DNA of 64,000 nt from an uncultured Verrucomicrobiae bacterium (GCA_963707025.1 CAVPOM010000018.1:256001-320000); one strand, 5' to 3'; counted from the stretch's first letter, positions 1 through 13,562 are shown. Translations and numbers: made by a program. Notes: a model not told the origin generated them from the letters alone.

Positions 1-2753
<2,753 letters not shown>

Positions 2754-2869
2754 CGCTTTTTTCCTTCACAGGAGAAGCGATTTCGACTCGCGAATTGGAT
2801 GGTGCCCCAAAAATCTATGTGTAGTTTTCAGGGAACTTCCCGGAACTTGCCGGGTTGCTCTTTATCATT

Positions 2870-2985
2870 TTTTGGTGGCCATAAAGCTGTGGTCCGACCC
2901 GTTCCCATCCCGAACACGGCCGTCAAACGCAGCATTGCCGATGGTAGTGGTTGTCTAGCTTCCGCGAGAGTAGGTCGCCGCCAGA
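2870..2985 (+). rRNA. rrf: 5S rRNA
   Basis: TTTGGTGGC...CCCATCCCGAACAC...GATGGTAGT...GAGAGTAGGTCGCCGCCAGA with complementary ends, about 116 nt, downstream of 23S. Confidence 0.96.
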
Positions 2986-2996
2986 TCTTTCCAACC

Positions 2997-3025
2997 AGAG
3001 CCGAAACAGGTGTTTCGGCTCTTTT
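2997..3025 (+). terminator. Rho-independent terminator of rrn operon
   Basis: AGAGCCGAAAC-aggt-GTTTCGGCTCT stem followed by T run, just after 5S. Confidence 0.8.
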
Positions 3026-3102
3026 GGTCGTGGTGTGCCCTGCGGAAAAGGCCAAACGGCCATTGCCCTCCGGGCGGGTTTGATCTATTCTCCCAAGGCA
3101 AC

Positions 3103-3900
3103 ATGCGTTCCCGCTTCCTCGCCAAAGCCCTGGCGCCCGTGGCGCTGCTCCTCGCCGGGTTGTTCCTGGCGCAGCCAGTTTGCGCAGGCGGCGCCCCCCC
3201 GGCAGCCCCTTCCACCCCGGCCAGTCGCGCCGGGCAGGCCTATCGCGAGTGCCGCGCCCGTTTCGAGTCGCAACCCACCAATCCGGTTGCCGCCTGGCAG
3301 TTCGCCTCCGCCTGCTTCGATCAATGCGAGTTTTCCAAGAACGACACCGATCGCGCGCGGGTCGCCAACGAGGGCATCGCGGCCTGCCGGCAGGCGCTTG
3401 GCTTGGAGCCGAATCTTGCCGCCGCGCATTACTACCTGGGCATGGACCTGGCCCAACTGGCGCGCACCGAGCTGATCGGAGCGCTCGGTTTGCTGGGCGA
3501 AGTGGAGAAAGAGTGGGAAACGGCCATCAAACTGGACGAGAACTTTGATTACGCCGGCCCGGACAGAAATCTCGGCCTGCTCTATCGCGATGCGCCGGGC
3601 TGGCCCTTGAGCCTCGGCAGCCGCGCCAAGGCCCGGCAGCATCTTTTGCGCGCCGTCGCATCGCACCCGGAATATCCCGAGAATCATCTCAATCTGATCG
3701 AAGCGTGCCTCAAGTGGAACGATCGCTCCGAAGGCGTGCTGGCCGCCAAGGCGCTGGAAAAAGTCCTGCCGGAAGCCCAAAAAAAATTCACCGGGCCGGC
3801 GTGGGAGTCCAGTTGGGAGGATTGGAACAAACGCTGGCGGGCCATTCAAACCAAGCTGAACCAACCCTCCGCCCTGGCTCCGCCGCATAACCGAAAGTGA
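3103..3900 (+). CDS. Secreted TPR-like helical protein (TatT-like)
   Basis: Signal peptide MRSRFLAKALAPVALLLAG; TPR-like AAAHYYLG and DRNLGLLY segments. Confidence 0.7.
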   Translation: MRSRFLAKALAPVALLLAGLFLAQPVCAGGAPPAAPSTPASRAGQAYRECRARFESQPTNPVAAWQFASACFDQCEFSKNDTDRARVANEGIAACRQALGLEPNLAAAHYYLGMDLAQLARTELIGALGLLGEVEKEWETAIKLDENFDYAGPDRNLGLLYRDAPGWPLSLGSRAKARQHLLRAVASHPEYPENHLNLIEACLKWNDRSEGVLAAKALEKVLPEAQKKFTGPAWESSWEDWNKRWRAIQTKLNQPSALAPPHNRK

Positions 3901-4050
3901 GCGGGGATCCTGGCGACGGGCCGCGGCGCAACCGGCCCGGTGCGCATGGCAGTTTTGCCGCACGGCGGTTTTGGAGGGATCGAAGTTCAGGGACGGCGCG
4001 CCTCCCGGGCCGGACTTTCAACCAGGTTCGGCTTGCTTCTGATTTGGGCA

Positions 4051-4078
4051 TTGCTTTTTTAGCGCGCGAAATTATATT
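4051..4078 (+). promoter_or_regulatory. Candidate sigma70 promoter
   Basis: TTGCTT-N16-TATATT about 50 bp upstream of the CBM48 ORF. Confidence 0.35.
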
Positions 4079-4125
4079 GCGCCAACAGTTGTGCATCAAG
4101 CTCGCGAAAAAAAGGACTATTAAAC

Positions 4126-4443
4126 ATGCCTGTGCCGCACTCCCGTCTCCGCCCCCAGCCGCGTTTGTCGCCCGCCAAAACCATCAAGCCCGTCAATTTT
4201 ATCTGCGCCGTCACCACGGCCAGGCGCGTCACCTTGATCGGCGACTTCAACGACTGGCATCCCCAGGCCACGCCGATGAAGCGCCAGCCCGACGGCTGCT
4301 GGCATGCCCAGTTGCCCTTGAGCGCCGGCCATCATCATTACCAGTTTTTGGTGGACGGCAAACCGATGCTGGACCCGCGGGCCCAGGGGGTGGCCCGCAA
4401 TGAGCAGGACGAGAAAGTTTCCATGCTCTGCGTCGGGCATTAG
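4126..4443 (+). CDS. Stand-alone glycogen-binding CBM48/isoamylase early-set domain protein
   Basis: VTLIGDFNDW...W...L..G.HHYQFLVDG...DP motif. Confidence 0.85.
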   Translation: MPVPHSRLRPQPRLSPAKTIKPVNFICAVTTARRVTLIGDFNDWHPQATPMKRQPDGCWHAQLPLSAGHHHYQFLVDGKPMLDPRAQGVARNEQDEKVSMLCVGH

Positions 4444-4961
4444 CCTTTGGCCGTGGGGCCTTTCAACTCCGCCGCCGCGCGGCGCTCGGCGAAAAAACTC
4501 CGGAGCAGTTGCCGGCATTCCGCCTGGCGGACACCGGCGGTGATTTGGCAGCGGTGGTTCAGGGAGGGAAATTGCAGCAGGTTCAGCGCGCTCCCCGCCG
4601 CGCCCGCCTTGGGATCGGCGGCCCCAAAGACCAGGCGCTGGAGGCGCACATGGACCATGGCTCCCGCGCACATTGGGCAGGGTTCCTTGGTCACGTAGAG
4701 GGTGGCGCTGGCCAGCCGCCAGCCGCCCACCGCCGCCTCGGCCTGGGTGATGGCCAGCATTTCGGCGTGGGCCGTGGCGTCCTTAAGGGTTTCCACCTGG
4801 TTGAAGGCCCGCGCAATAATCCGGCCTGCGCGCACGATGACCGCGCCGACCGGCGTTTCCGCCGCCGCGAAGGCGCGCGCCGCCTGGCGCAAAGCTTCCC
4901 CCATGAAGTAGTGGTCGCTCTCCAGGTCAATCAACGGCTTTTCTGTTTCTTTCATGGTCAT
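4440..4961 (-). CDS. tadA: tRNA adenosine(34) deaminase
   Basis: HAE...LYVTKEPCPMCAGA zinc motif and FGAADPKAGA; start overlaps upstream NUDIX stop (ATGA). Confidence 0.92.
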   Translation of the reverse strand: MTMKETEKPLIDLESDHYFMGEALRQAARAFAAAETPVGAVIVRAGRIIARAFNQVETLKDATAHAEMLAITQAEAAVGGWRLASATLYVTKEPCPMCAGAMVHVRLQRLVFGAADPKAGAAGSALNLLQFPSLNHRCQITAGVRQAECRQLLRSFFAERRAAAELKGPTAKG

Positions 4962-5455
4962 TTGAGAATGGATTCCTCCAGAGTCCACTGGTTGCGGCCG
5001 GGCGCGCGGCAACGGCAATGGGCGGAGAAAAAGCCGCCACGATGCCGCCAGAAGAGCGGCCAGATTTGCTCGGCATCGGTTTGTGGAATTCTTAACGAGG
5101 AGATTTGCGCCGCGGTGAAAAAGGCGAAATCGCCTTCGCGGTGCGGCGGCGGCAAGGCGGCCAGGCGCGGTCCGACTTCAAACAGAAACATGAGCCAGTG
5201 GGCCTGTCCTGCGTAACCGTGTTCGCTGACCAGCCCGGTCAAATGCAGGTCGGCCGGCCGCAATTTCAGGCCGATTTCCTCCCCGGCTTCCCGGCAGGCG
5301 CAGGCGTGGGGAGACTCGCCGGCGGCCATGTCCAGCTTGCCGCCGCAGGGACTCCAAAGGCCGCGGTTGGGTTGCTGCCGCCGCCGCAGCAGGAGAACCT
5401 CGTCCCGCCGGCTGAAGCAGTAGAGCAGGGTGGAGATTTTATAAGGCAGCGGCAT
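4958..5455 (-). CDS. NUDIX hydrolase (MutT-like)
   Basis: Nudix box GGKL...GESPHACACREAGEEIG. Confidence 0.88.
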   Translation of the reverse strand: MPLPYKISTLLYCFSRRDEVLLLRRRQQPNRGLWSPCGGKLDMAAGESPHACACREAGEEIGLKLRPADLHLTGLVSEHGYAGQAHWLMFLFEVGPRLAALPPPHREGDFAFFTAAQISSLRIPQTDAEQIWPLFWRHRGGFFSAHCRCRAPGRNQWTLEESILK

Positions 5456-5556
5456 GAGATGTAACGATGCCAGGATGCCCCGAAGGCCGGGCGTTGGAAA
5501 GAAAATGCTGGCCGAACCGGGGTTGGTTATGGTATTAGGACAGAACGAGTCACATT

Positions 5557-5994
5557 ATGAAAACATTTGCCAAAAGCGCCTGTTTTTTTCTGCTGGCGGC
5601 GTGGGCCGGCAGCACCACGTCCCTGGCCCAGACCAGCGCCCCCGCCCAGGCCACCAACCGGCCCGCCGCGGCGACGAAACTGCCCGCCCGGAGATTTTCC
5701 GGCAAGATACTCAGCGTGGACAGCAAGGCCAAATCAATCGCTCTGCAAGGGGGCGTGAAGATTGTGATTTTAATCACCGACAAGACCCGGATCATCAAGG
5801 CTAAAACGCCGGCCACTTTCAGCGCCCTGGCCGCCGAACAGGCGGTGACGGGCATCGAGCGCCTGGATGCCGCCGGAAAATGGTACGCGGAAACATTGAA
5901 CGTTGGGGATCCACGACAACCCCTGCAGGAGCCGGTGCTGAAGACTTTTGTTGCGCCGGTTAAAACAAATGCCGCCACCAATGGCGGCCATTGA
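5557..5994 (+). CDS. Hypothetical secreted protein
   Basis: Signal peptide, Ala/Thr linker, small beta-rich domain (GKILSVD...ITDKTRI). Confidence 0.65.
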   Translation: MKTFAKSACFFLLAAWAGSTTSLAQTSAPAQATNRPAAATKLPARRFSGKILSVDSKAKSIALQGGVKIVILITDKTRIIKAKTPATFSALAAEQAVTGIERLDAAGKWYAETLNVGDPRQPLQEPVLKTFVAPVKTNAATNGGH

Positions 5995-6090
5995 TCCGCC
6001 ACGGCCCTGGCCCGGGCGGGCGCCGAAACAAAGAGGGACTTAAGGAAAGGAAAAGGCGGCGTTGGCCGTCCGCCACGCCCGTTTATTCCG

Positions 6091-7095
6091 TCAGCGCCGC
6101 CACCAACTTTTGGAGGGGTCGGTGTGTCCGGTTTGTTGGATTTGGCCTCTCAGCAGGTGGCTGCGCGCGGCTTCCAAGGCCATGCGAAAATCGTCGTAGG
6201 ATTCAAAGCGTTGAGAGGGATGCTTGGCCATGGCCTGCAAGAGGGCATTGCTGGTTAATTCGGTGATGTCCGGCGCGACGAGGTTGGGAGGTGTCAGGGC
6301 GGTATGCACATGGGCTGAGACCACTTCGTCCACCGTCCCTTCAAAAGGGACATGGCCGGTCAAGGCATGGTAAAGGGTGCCGCCCAGGCTGTACATGTCG
6401 GAGTGAAAATCCTCGCCCTTGCGTTCAAGTTTTTCCGGGGCGACGTAATAGACCGTTCCCCAGATGTGCTCTTCCCAAGTGTCGTCCTCCGCGGCCCGGA
6501 CCAGGCCGAAATCAATCAGCTTGGGTTCGCCGTCAATGTTGTAAAGAATATTGCCTGGCTTGATGTCGCGATGAAGCAGTTTGTGTTGGAGGGCGGTGGT
6601 CAGGGCGGAGCACATTTTGATGCCGACATCAAGCACCTCCAATTCCGGCACGCGTTTGTCGGTTTCGATGCGGTTGTCCAGGCTGCCCTGGTCGGCCAAC
6701 TCCATCACCAGGTAGGGTTGGCCCTCGAATTCATCGAAGCTGTAAATATGGATGATGTTGGTGTGGTTGAGGGAGGCGCTGGCGCGGGCTTCGCGATAAA
6801 AGGCCTTGAGGATGGCCGGGTCGGCCGCCATTTCGCGCTTTATCATTTTCAGGGCGACCTGGCGCTGCAATTTCGCGTCCAGCGCGGTATAAACCGTGGC
6901 CATGCCGCCGGAAGCGATGATGGTGAGCAACTCGAAATTGCGCAGCATGACCGGCAGCATGACCGGGTGCTCGCACTTGCTGCACGGCGTCGTGGCAAAC
7001 GGGGCAAGATCGCCCGGAATAAAGGTTCTGGATTTGCATCGGCCGCAAGTGACCATTTTCAGCGGTTTGCTTGCGCCGGTCGTTCCGATACTCAC
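6091..7095 (-). CDS. Hanks-type Ser/Thr protein kinase with N-terminal Zn-ribbon
   Basis: GGMATVY, VALK, HRDIKPGN, DFGL, YVAPE, SDMYSLG; two CxxC at N-terminus. Confidence 0.93.
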   Translation of the reverse strand: MSIGTTGASKPLKMVTCGRCKSRTFIPGDLAPFATTPCSKCEHPVMLPVMLRNFELLTIIASGGMATVYTALDAKLQRQVALKMIKREMAADPAILKAFYREARASASLNHTNIIHIYSFDEFEGQPYLVMELADQGSLDNRIETDKRVPELEVLDVGIKMCSALTTALQHKLLHRDIKPGNILYNIDGEPKLIDFGLVRAAEDDTWEEHIWGTVYYVAPEKLERKGEDFHSDMYSLGGTLYHALTGHVPFEGTVDEVVSAHVHTALTPPNLVAPDITELTSNALLQAMAKHPSQRFESYDDFRMALEAARSHLLRGQIQQTGHTDPSKSWWRR

Positions 7096-7220
7096 TCTCG
7101 AAGCATAACACGGAATGCGCTGGGGACAAGTAGTTTGCGCCGATCAGATCAGGCTGCCCGGCGGGGCCGCCTCTCCACCGATCGCCCCGGCGGCGGCCGA
7201 GCGGGCCGGGCTGCGGGTCA

Positions 7221-8762
7221 TCACGGCATTTTGATGTCAATCCTGCTGCGCTGGAGGGTGGTTCCCTCATCCAGAGCCAGTTGTTCCAGGGCGATGTTGT
7301 AGTCGGCCAAGGCCCGGATTTCCGCGGAGCGCGCGGTGGTGAGATTGTTCTGGAGCTGGAGAACTTCAAAGCTGGTGGTCGAACCGGCCCGCAAGCGCGC
7401 CTGCCCCGCCCGCAACGCGTCTTCGGCGTATTCGCGCGCCTTGCGGGTCGCGTCCACGCGCAGCAAATCGGAGCGGACGGTCTTGATGTCGTTGTCCACC
7501 GCCACGACGATGGTGGTTTCGATTTTCTTGAGTTGGAGCAGAGATTGCTCCAGGGTGGCCTTGGCGGATTTGTAGGCGTTGCGCGCGCCGGTGTTTTCCA
7601 GCGGGATGGTGAGGGCCAGGCCGTAGGAATAGGTGGGATCGGTGCCCTCGCGGATGGTTTCCACAGTTCGGCCGAACAGGGCGCCGACGGCGTTGAATCC
7701 ATAACTGCCTTTCAAATCCAGTTCGGGGTAAAGCTGGTTTTGGGTGTATTTGATGGCGAGGTGCTGCTTTTCCACGGTGATTTTGGCCTGGAGCATTTCG
7801 GGGCGCGAATCAATGGCGGTGCGCAAGCTCTGGGAAAGGTCGGGATTTTCCGGCACGGCCAGCAAGGATTCGGAGGGCACGGGAGTGACCTCGCGCCATT
7901 GGTCAAGGTGAATGGGGTCGAGGAGGGATTTCAAGGTGTTTTCCTGCACCGCTTGGGCCAGTTGGGCGGCCAGAAGATCGGACTGGCTGCTGGCGGCCTG
8001 GGATTCGGCCTGTCTTTGGTCCAGCGGGGCCAGGGCGCCCAGTTGCACTTTCCTGGCGTTTTCGTCCACCAATTGCTGGGCCAGGTTGACGGCGGCGCGC
8101 TGCACGGCCACGTTTTCGCGCGCGGCGATCAGGTTGTAATAAGCGGTCTTGATGGTGTTGACGGAATTCTCCATCTGAAGGCGCAGGGCCAATAGATCGC
8201 TGCGCAGGGTTCTGCGGGAGAGCTGGATTTGATAGCGGGTGTTGTCTATCCATGAGTTCTTTAAGAGGGGCTGAGCCAACGTCAGGGCGGGAGTGGTGTT
8301 GTATTGGCTGAAGGGGGTGGTTTGCTGGCTTAACGGGGTGGTCACGTTGTAGTTCATACCGAAGGGGAGCGTGCCGCCCAGGTTGGGTGTGTAGTTGTTG
8401 ACGATCGTGGCGTACGGAGGAAAGTTGAACCCCAGGTAGAATTGCCCCGGCGCGGTGTTCAACGCTCTGGAGAGGTTGAAGGAGAAGGCTGGGTCGTAGG
8501 CCGAAAACAGGCCGTTCAAGGCGAATTGGTCCAGAATGGGGGTGTATCTGCTGATGAGGATGTCGAGGTTGTTGGTCAGCGCCATTTGCACCACGTCGTC
8601 CACGGACAGCAGCCGTATCCTGCCCTCCGCCGCGGGCGGGGCCGGGGCGGGCAGTTGGGCGCGGGCGGTGAAGGCCGGGCAAAGGCTGAGCGCGGTCAGG
8701 GCCAGCGCGGGAAGGGCGAGCCGGGATGTTTTGGCGAAGGCCGGGAGGTGGGTCGTGGTCAT
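7221..8762 (-). CDS. TolC-family outer membrane efflux protein
   Basis: Signal peptide; LTLAQPLL, YYNL, PELDL, LTIPL OEP motifs; last gene of efflux operon. Confidence 0.9.
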   Translation of the reverse strand: MTTTHLPAFAKTSRLALPALALTALSLCPAFTARAQLPAPAPPAAEGRIRLLSVDDVVQMALTNNLDILISRYTPILDQFALNGLFSAYDPAFSFNLSRALNTAPGQFYLGFNFPPYATIVNNYTPNLGGTLPFGMNYNVTTPLSQQTTPFSQYNTTPALTLAQPLLKNSWIDNTRYQIQLSRRTLRSDLLALRLQMENSVNTIKTAYYNLIAARENVAVQRAAVNLAQQLVDENARKVQLGALAPLDQRQAESQAASSQSDLLAAQLAQAVQENTLKSLLDPIHLDQWREVTPVPSESLLAVPENPDLSQSLRTAIDSRPEMLQAKITVEKQHLAIKYTQNQLYPELDLKGSYGFNAVGALFGRTVETIREGTDPTYSYGLALTIPLENTGARNAYKSAKATLEQSLLQLKKIETTIVVAVDNDIKTVRSDLLRVDATRKAREYAEDALRAGQARLRAGSTTSFEVLQLQNNLTTARSAEIRALADYNIALEQLALDEGTTLQRSRIDIKMP

Positions 8763-8787
8763 GGCTTTGCTTTGATTAAGGTTTGGC

Positions 8788-10098
8788 CTACTCGTAGCGC
8801 AAGGAATCAATGGGATCCAGGTTGGCCGCCTTGTGCGCCGGATAGGTGCCGAAGATAATGCCCACCAGCGAGCATATTCCCAGTCCAATCAGCGCCCAAT
8901 CCATTGGGATGACGGGGGCCAGCTTCATCAACTTGGCCAAAAAGTCGCCGCCGGCGATGCCCAACCCCACGCCAATCACCCCCCCCACTTCGCACAGCAC
9001 GATGGCTTCCATGATGAATTGGGTCATGATGTTGCGTTTTTTGGCCCCGATGGCGCGGCGGATTCCGATCTCGCGCGTCCGTTCTGTCACCGAGACCAGC
9101 ATAATATTCATGATGCCGATGCCGGCGGCGAGCAGGGCGATGGAGCTGATCAGGCTCACGCCCAGGCGGACTTTGAAGGTGAACGACTTGATTTGGTCCA
9201 TCACCGAATCGTTGGAGAAGATTTCAAAATCATCCTCCTGGCCGGGAGGGACCTTGCGCAAAATGCGCATGATGCCGCGCACCTGGTCCACCGTGTTGTC
9301 GTAGTCCGCCTGGCTGGGGGCCTGCACCAGAATGCTGATGTCAATCCATTGCTTTTCGTAATAGCGGGTCAAACCGGTGGTGATGGGGATGATGGCAAAA
9401 TTGTCCTGGCGCCCTCCCGACATGCTCCCCTTGGATTCCAGGACGCCGATGACCGTATATTTGATTCCGTCGTAATTGACCACTTCGCCCACGGCCGGGC
9501 AGTGCGGGAACAAGTTGGTGGCCAGACTGTTGCCCAGGACGCAGACATCGCGCTGGCTGTCCACGTCCGAATCAATCAAGGCGCGCCCTTCCTCAATGGT
9601 CCAGTCCTGGGCGGGGAAGCTCCCGGGCGTGTCCCCCGTGACGAACACATTGGGAGGGGCTTTGGCGTAACGCGAGGTCATGGTGCCGTTGGCCAGACCT
9701 TCTTCCAAGCCGATGCTGCGGGGGAGGGTGGCGCGGCCGGCCAGGGCCAGTCCCTGCGCCAGGCTGATCCTTTTGCGGCGCCGGTACTTCTCCCAGCCCG
9801 CCGGGCCGTCAAATTGCACTTGGGGCCAGCGCTGCACCACGAAGGTGTCGCCGCCCAATTGCGCCATGTTTTTCTCGATGTCCTTTTGCATGGCCCGCAT
9901 GGTGGTCATGACGACGATAATGGAGAAGACGCCGACCAGGACGCCGAGCAAGGTGAGCGCCGAGCGCAGCTTGTGCGCCACCAAAGCGCCCATGGCCATG
10001 AGGAAGCTTTCCTTGACCTCCGCCGCCAGGATGATCGGAATGGTGAATAGGGAATGGTGAATAGTGAAAGAATTCGGAATGTCTGATTCATTTTTCAT
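8788..10098 (-). CDS. MacB/FtsX-type ABC transporter permease (start uncertain)
   Basis: [48 protein letters not shown]. Confidence 0.92.
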   Translation of the reverse strand: MKNESDIPNSFTIHHSLFTIPIILAAEVKESFLMAMGALVAHKLRSALTLLGVLVGVFSIIVVMTTMRAMQKDIEKNMAQLGGDTFVVQRWPQVQFDGPAGWEKYRRRKRISLAQGLALAGRATLPRSIGLEEGLANGTMTSRYAKAPPNVFVTGDTPGSFPAQDWTIEEGRALIDSDVDSQRDVCVLGNSLATNLFPHCPAVGEVVNYDGIKYTVIGVLESKGSMSGGRQDNFAIIPITTGLTRYYEKQWIDISILVQAPSQADYDNTVDQVRGIMRILRKVPPGQEDDFEIFSNDSVMDQIKSFTFKVRLGVSLISSIALLAAGIGIMNIMLVSVTERTREIGIRRAIGAKKRNIMTQFIMEAIVLCEVGGVIGVGLGIAGGDFLAKLMKLAPVIPMDWALIGLGICSLVGIIFGTYPAHKAANLDPIDSLRYE

Positions 10099-10121
10099 AA
10101 TTCATCATTCATCATTCCTAA
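10037..10121. repeat. Two opposed arms of 7-bp tandem repeats
   Basis: ggaatgg tgaatag ggaatgg tgaatag tgaaaga ... ttcattt ttcataa ttcatca ttcatca ttcctaa. Confidence 0.75.
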
Positions 10122-10125
10122 TTGG

Positions 10126-11355
10126 CTACTCATTGCGCAGGGCCTCGACCGGGTCCATGCGCGCGGCGCGCCAGGCGGGCAGGAAGCCGGAAACCACGCC
10201 TGTCAATAATGAGACGAGCAAGGCCAGGGCCGTCACGGGCAGCGACAGGGAGGCGGCAAAGAATCTGGACATGAGCAGGGTCAGGCCGAAGGCGATGCCC
10301 AGGCCGGTCAGGCCGCCGAGCAGACAGATGCTGGCCGCCTCGATCAAAAACTGCAGCAGGATGGTGCGCCGCTTGGCCCCAATGGCCTTGCGCACGCCGA
10401 TCTCGCGCGTCCGCTCCGCCACCGAGACAAACATAATGTTCATGATGCCAATCCCGCCCACGAAGAGGGAAAGCCCCGTCACGGCCAACCCCACGGCGGC
10501 AATCGTGCCGGCCAGGTGGTTGAACATCTTGACGATCGTGTCCTGCTGGTTGATGGCGAAATCGTCCGGCTCGCCCGGGGCGACGTGGCGGATCTTGCGC
10601 AGCACGCCGCGCAACTCCTCCCGGGCATCCTCCAGATGGGAAAGGTCGGCCACCTTGACCTGAATTTCAAAGTCCGGGTCGCGCCAGTAGCCGATGAGAA
10701 ACTGTGGAATGGGAAGAATGGCCTGGTTGTCCATGCTCTCGATGCCCAGGAAACTGCCGCGCTTTTCCAGCACGCCGACCACCTCCAGCCAGCGGGGACC
10801 GATCCTGATTTTTTTGCCGAGAGGAGATTCCCTGAGGAAAAGATTGGTGGCGACGTCATTGCCGATGACACAGACCGGACGCCCCCCGGCGGCATCGCTG
10901 GCGGTCAAAAACCGGCCTTGGGCCACCCCAAAACCGGCGGTGATGAGAAACTGCTCGGTGGTGCCAATCACCGTCACCCTGGCCGTGCTGCGATTTTGGT
11001 AACGGATGGAGCGCCCCATATACACGGCCGGAGCGACCGCGCTGGCCAGGGTCATCTGCTTTTCCACGGTTCTGACCTGGTCGCGGGTGACGATCCGCCT
11101 TTTGTACTGTTTGAGCCATTCGTCCTCGCTGTTAATGAACCAGGCCATGCGATCGGCGTAGAGCACGTCGGCCCCCATGGTGGAAATGCTCTGGTGAAAG
11201 GAGCGGTTGAGGCCGTCCATGGCCGCGCCCATCAAAGTGACACTGACAATGCCAATGATGATTCCCAAGGTGGTCAGCCCCGCCCGCATTTTGTTGGCCC
11301 TGATGGCGTCCCAGGCAATGAGCAGGCCTTCCTTGATTTCGATGAAAAAGTTCAC
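10126..11355 (-). CDS. MacB/FtsX-type ABC transporter permease
   Basis: [49 protein letters not shown]. Confidence 0.93.
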   Translation of the reverse strand: MNFFIEIKEGLLIAWDAIRANKMRAGLTTLGIIIGIVSVTLMGAAMDGLNRSFHQSISTMGADVLYADRMAWFINSEDEWLKQYKRRIVTRDQVRTVEKQMTLASAVAPAVYMGRSIRYQNRSTARVTVIGTTEQFLITAGFGVAQGRFLTASDAAGGRPVCVIGNDVATNLFLRESPLGKKIRIGPRWLEVVGVLEKRGSFLGIESMDNQAILPIPQFLIGYWRDPDFEIQVKVADLSHLEDAREELRGVLRKIRHVAPGEPDDFAINQQDTIVKMFNHLAGTIAAVGLAVTGLSLFVGGIGIMNIMFVSVAERTREIGVRKAIGAKRRTILLQFLIEAASICLLGGLTGLGIAFGLTLLMSRFFAASLSLPVTALALLVSLLTGVVSGFLPAWRAARMDPVEALRNE

Positions 11356-12053
11356 ACCGGCGCCCCCGCTTTCTGGACAGCATCGTCGCTGGCAATCAGC
11401 CCGTCCCGGATGCGGATGATGCGGTGGGCGTGCCGGGCCACGTCCTCCTCGTGGGTGACCAGGAAAATGGTGTTGCCCTTGTCGGAAAGCACGCGGAGCA
11501 GGGCCATGATTTCCTCGCCGGTTTTGGAATCGAGGTTGCCGGTCGGCTCATCGGCCAGGACGATGGAGGGGCCGTTGACCAGGGCGCGGGCGATGGCCAC
11601 GCGCTGGCGCTGGCCGCCGGACATTTCGTTGGGCCGGTGGTGGATGCGGTCAGCCAGGCCGACGCTGGCCAGCACTTCCCGCGCCTTGCGCCGGCGCTCC
11701 CCGGCATCCAGGCCGGAGTAGATGAGCGGCAATTCCACATTGCGCAGCGCGTCGGCCCGCGGCAACAGGTTGAAGGTTTGAAAGATGAAACCGATTTCCC
11801 GGTTGCGGATTTCCGCCAGTTGGTTGTCATCCAGGTCGCTGACGTTGGTGCCGTTCAATTCATAGACTCCCGCAGTCGCCGTGTCCAGGCACCCCAGCAA
11901 GTTCATCAGGGTTGATTTGCCCGAGCCGGAAGGCCCCATGATCGCGACATATTCTCCGCGTTGCACCTCCAGGGAGACATCGCGCAAGGCATGGATGGTC
12001 TCCCCGCCCATTTCGTAGAGGCGGGTGATGTGTTGGAGTCGGATCAAGCTCAC
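11352..12053 (-). CDS. ABC transporter ATP-binding protein (LolD/MacB NBD type)
   Basis: Walker [10 protein letters not shown], signature [18 protein letters not shown]. Confidence 0.95.
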   Translation of the reverse strand: MSLIRLQHITRLYEMGGETIHALRDVSLEVQRGEYVAIMGPSGSGKSTLMNLLGCLDTATAGVYELNGTNVSDLDDNQLAEIRNREIGFIFQTFNLLPRADALRNVELPLIYSGLDAGERRRKAREVLASVGLADRIHHRPNEMSGGQRQRVAIARALVNGPSIVLADEPTGNLDSKTGEEIMALLRVLSDKGNTIFLVTHEEDVARHAHRIIRIRDGLIASDDAVQKAGAPV

Positions 12054-12083
12054 AACCGGAGTCGTTTTGTCGCGGCCGGAAAG

Positions 12084-13406
12084 TCAGTTGGCGGCCGACT
12101 TGGGTTTGCCGGCCAGGGCGGCCTCGCCCAGCACCACCTTTTTCCCGTCCTCCAAATCGCGGTTGATGGCCTTGTAGCCGCCGGAAACCACCACCTTGCC
12201 TTCCTGCAACCCTTCGGTAATTTCCGTGTAATTATCATCGCTGATGCCGCGCTTGACCGGCACGGACTTGGCGTGGTCCCCCTCCACCAGAAAAACGACC
12301 TCGACCGGTTTGGGCGGCTCGTTGGTTTTGCCCGAAGAGGCGATCTCGTTGGTGGGGGTCAGGCTGGCCGGCGGAGAATTGGTCTGACCCGCCGCCGCCA
12401 GGGGCAGGCGGGTGGTGACGCTTTGAATCGGCACGGTCAGGGCATTGGTGCGCGAACGGGTTTCGATGTTGGCCGTCACCGACATGCCCGGCAGAAAAGC
12501 CTCCTTCTCCGTCACGCGGATTTTGACCTGAAATTTGGTCGCGTCCGTCGTGGTGGAGGCGGCCGAGGAGGCGGCGGAACTGGTGTCGTTGTTATTGGCC
12601 GAATTGGCGACATCGGTGACCACGCCATTGAATTTTTGGTCTTTGAAGGAGTCCACCTCCAAATGGACCTTCTGGCCGCAGGCGATCAACACCACGTCCA
12701 CCTCGCCCACATCCACGCGCGCCTCCATCGCGTTCAAATCAGCGATGGTCATGATCTCCGTGCCGGCCATGGTCGCCGTGCCGACGACCCTTTCGCCGAG
12801 CTGGGAATTGAGTTTGCTGACCGTGCCTTCCAAGGGCGAATAAATGGTGGTTTTGGAAAGGTCGGCGGCGGCGTTTTGCAGGGAGGCCTTGGCCATGGCC
12901 ACCGATTCGCGCGCTCCGTCCAGGGTGGTTTTGGCCACATCGCAGGTGGTTTTGGCCGTGAGAAAGTCGGAGTCGGAAATCAGCTTGGCCGTGTAAAGGC
13001 CGGAGCTTCGTTCGAATTCCAGGCGCGCCTTCTCCAAGTTGGCCTCCGCCGTGCTCTTGTTCGCCACGGCCAGATTGTAGTTGGCGGCGGCGGAATTGCT
13101 GGCGGCCAGATAATTATCCGGCCTGATCTTGACCAGCAGATCGTCTTTCTTCACATGCTGGCCCTCCTTGACCGCCAGTTGGATGATTTCGCCGCTGACT
13201 TCCGGGCTGATCTTGACCTGGGTGACCGGCTCGATTTTGCCGTTGGCCACGACTTTTTCGACGAGGTTGCGGCGAAGCACCTTCTCGGTCTCCACCGAGA
13301 CGGGCACTTCGGTTTTCTTCAAGGACGCAACCACCGCCAGCCCAATGCCGGCGGCGGCGGTGATTAAAAAAATGACAATCTTTTTCTTGCTCTTAGTTTT
13401 GGCCAT
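12084..13406 (-). CDS. Efflux periplasmic adaptor subunit (MacA-like)
   Basis: N-terminal TM, ISPEVSG lipoyl half, coiled-coil hairpin, IYSPLEGTV, LPGMSVTA. Confidence 0.92.
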   Translation of the reverse strand: MAKTKSKKKIVIFLITAAAGIGLAVVASLKKTEVPVSVETEKVLRRNLVEKVVANGKIEPVTQVKISPEVSGEIIQLAVKEGQHVKKDDLLVKIRPDNYLAASNSAAANYNLAVANKSTAEANLEKARLEFERSSGLYTAKLISDSDFLTAKTTCDVAKTTLDGARESVAMAKASLQNAAADLSKTTIYSPLEGTVSKLNSQLGERVVGTATMAGTEIMTIADLNAMEARVDVGEVDVVLIACGQKVHLEVDSFKDQKFNGVVTDVANSANNNDTSSAASSAASTTTDATKFQVKIRVTEKEAFLPGMSVTANIETRSRTNALTVPIQSVTTRLPLAAAGQTNSPPASLTPTNEIASSGKTNEPPKPVEVVFLVEGDHAKSVPVKRGISDDNYTEITEGLQEGKVVVSGGYKAINRDLEDGKKVVLGEAALAGKPKSAAN

Positions 13407-13562
13407 CGGTTTCCTTTGCCGGCCTGGCCGGCGTCGTCAATTTTGATCCCGGCCAGCCCGGTTCTCATTAGATAGACACCACCAAACCTCCGTTTGTGTA
13501 CGCATGCACCTTTCTTTCAATCCCTGAGACGAGCGAGCCGGAAAAATCCTTTGAGATTTTTT

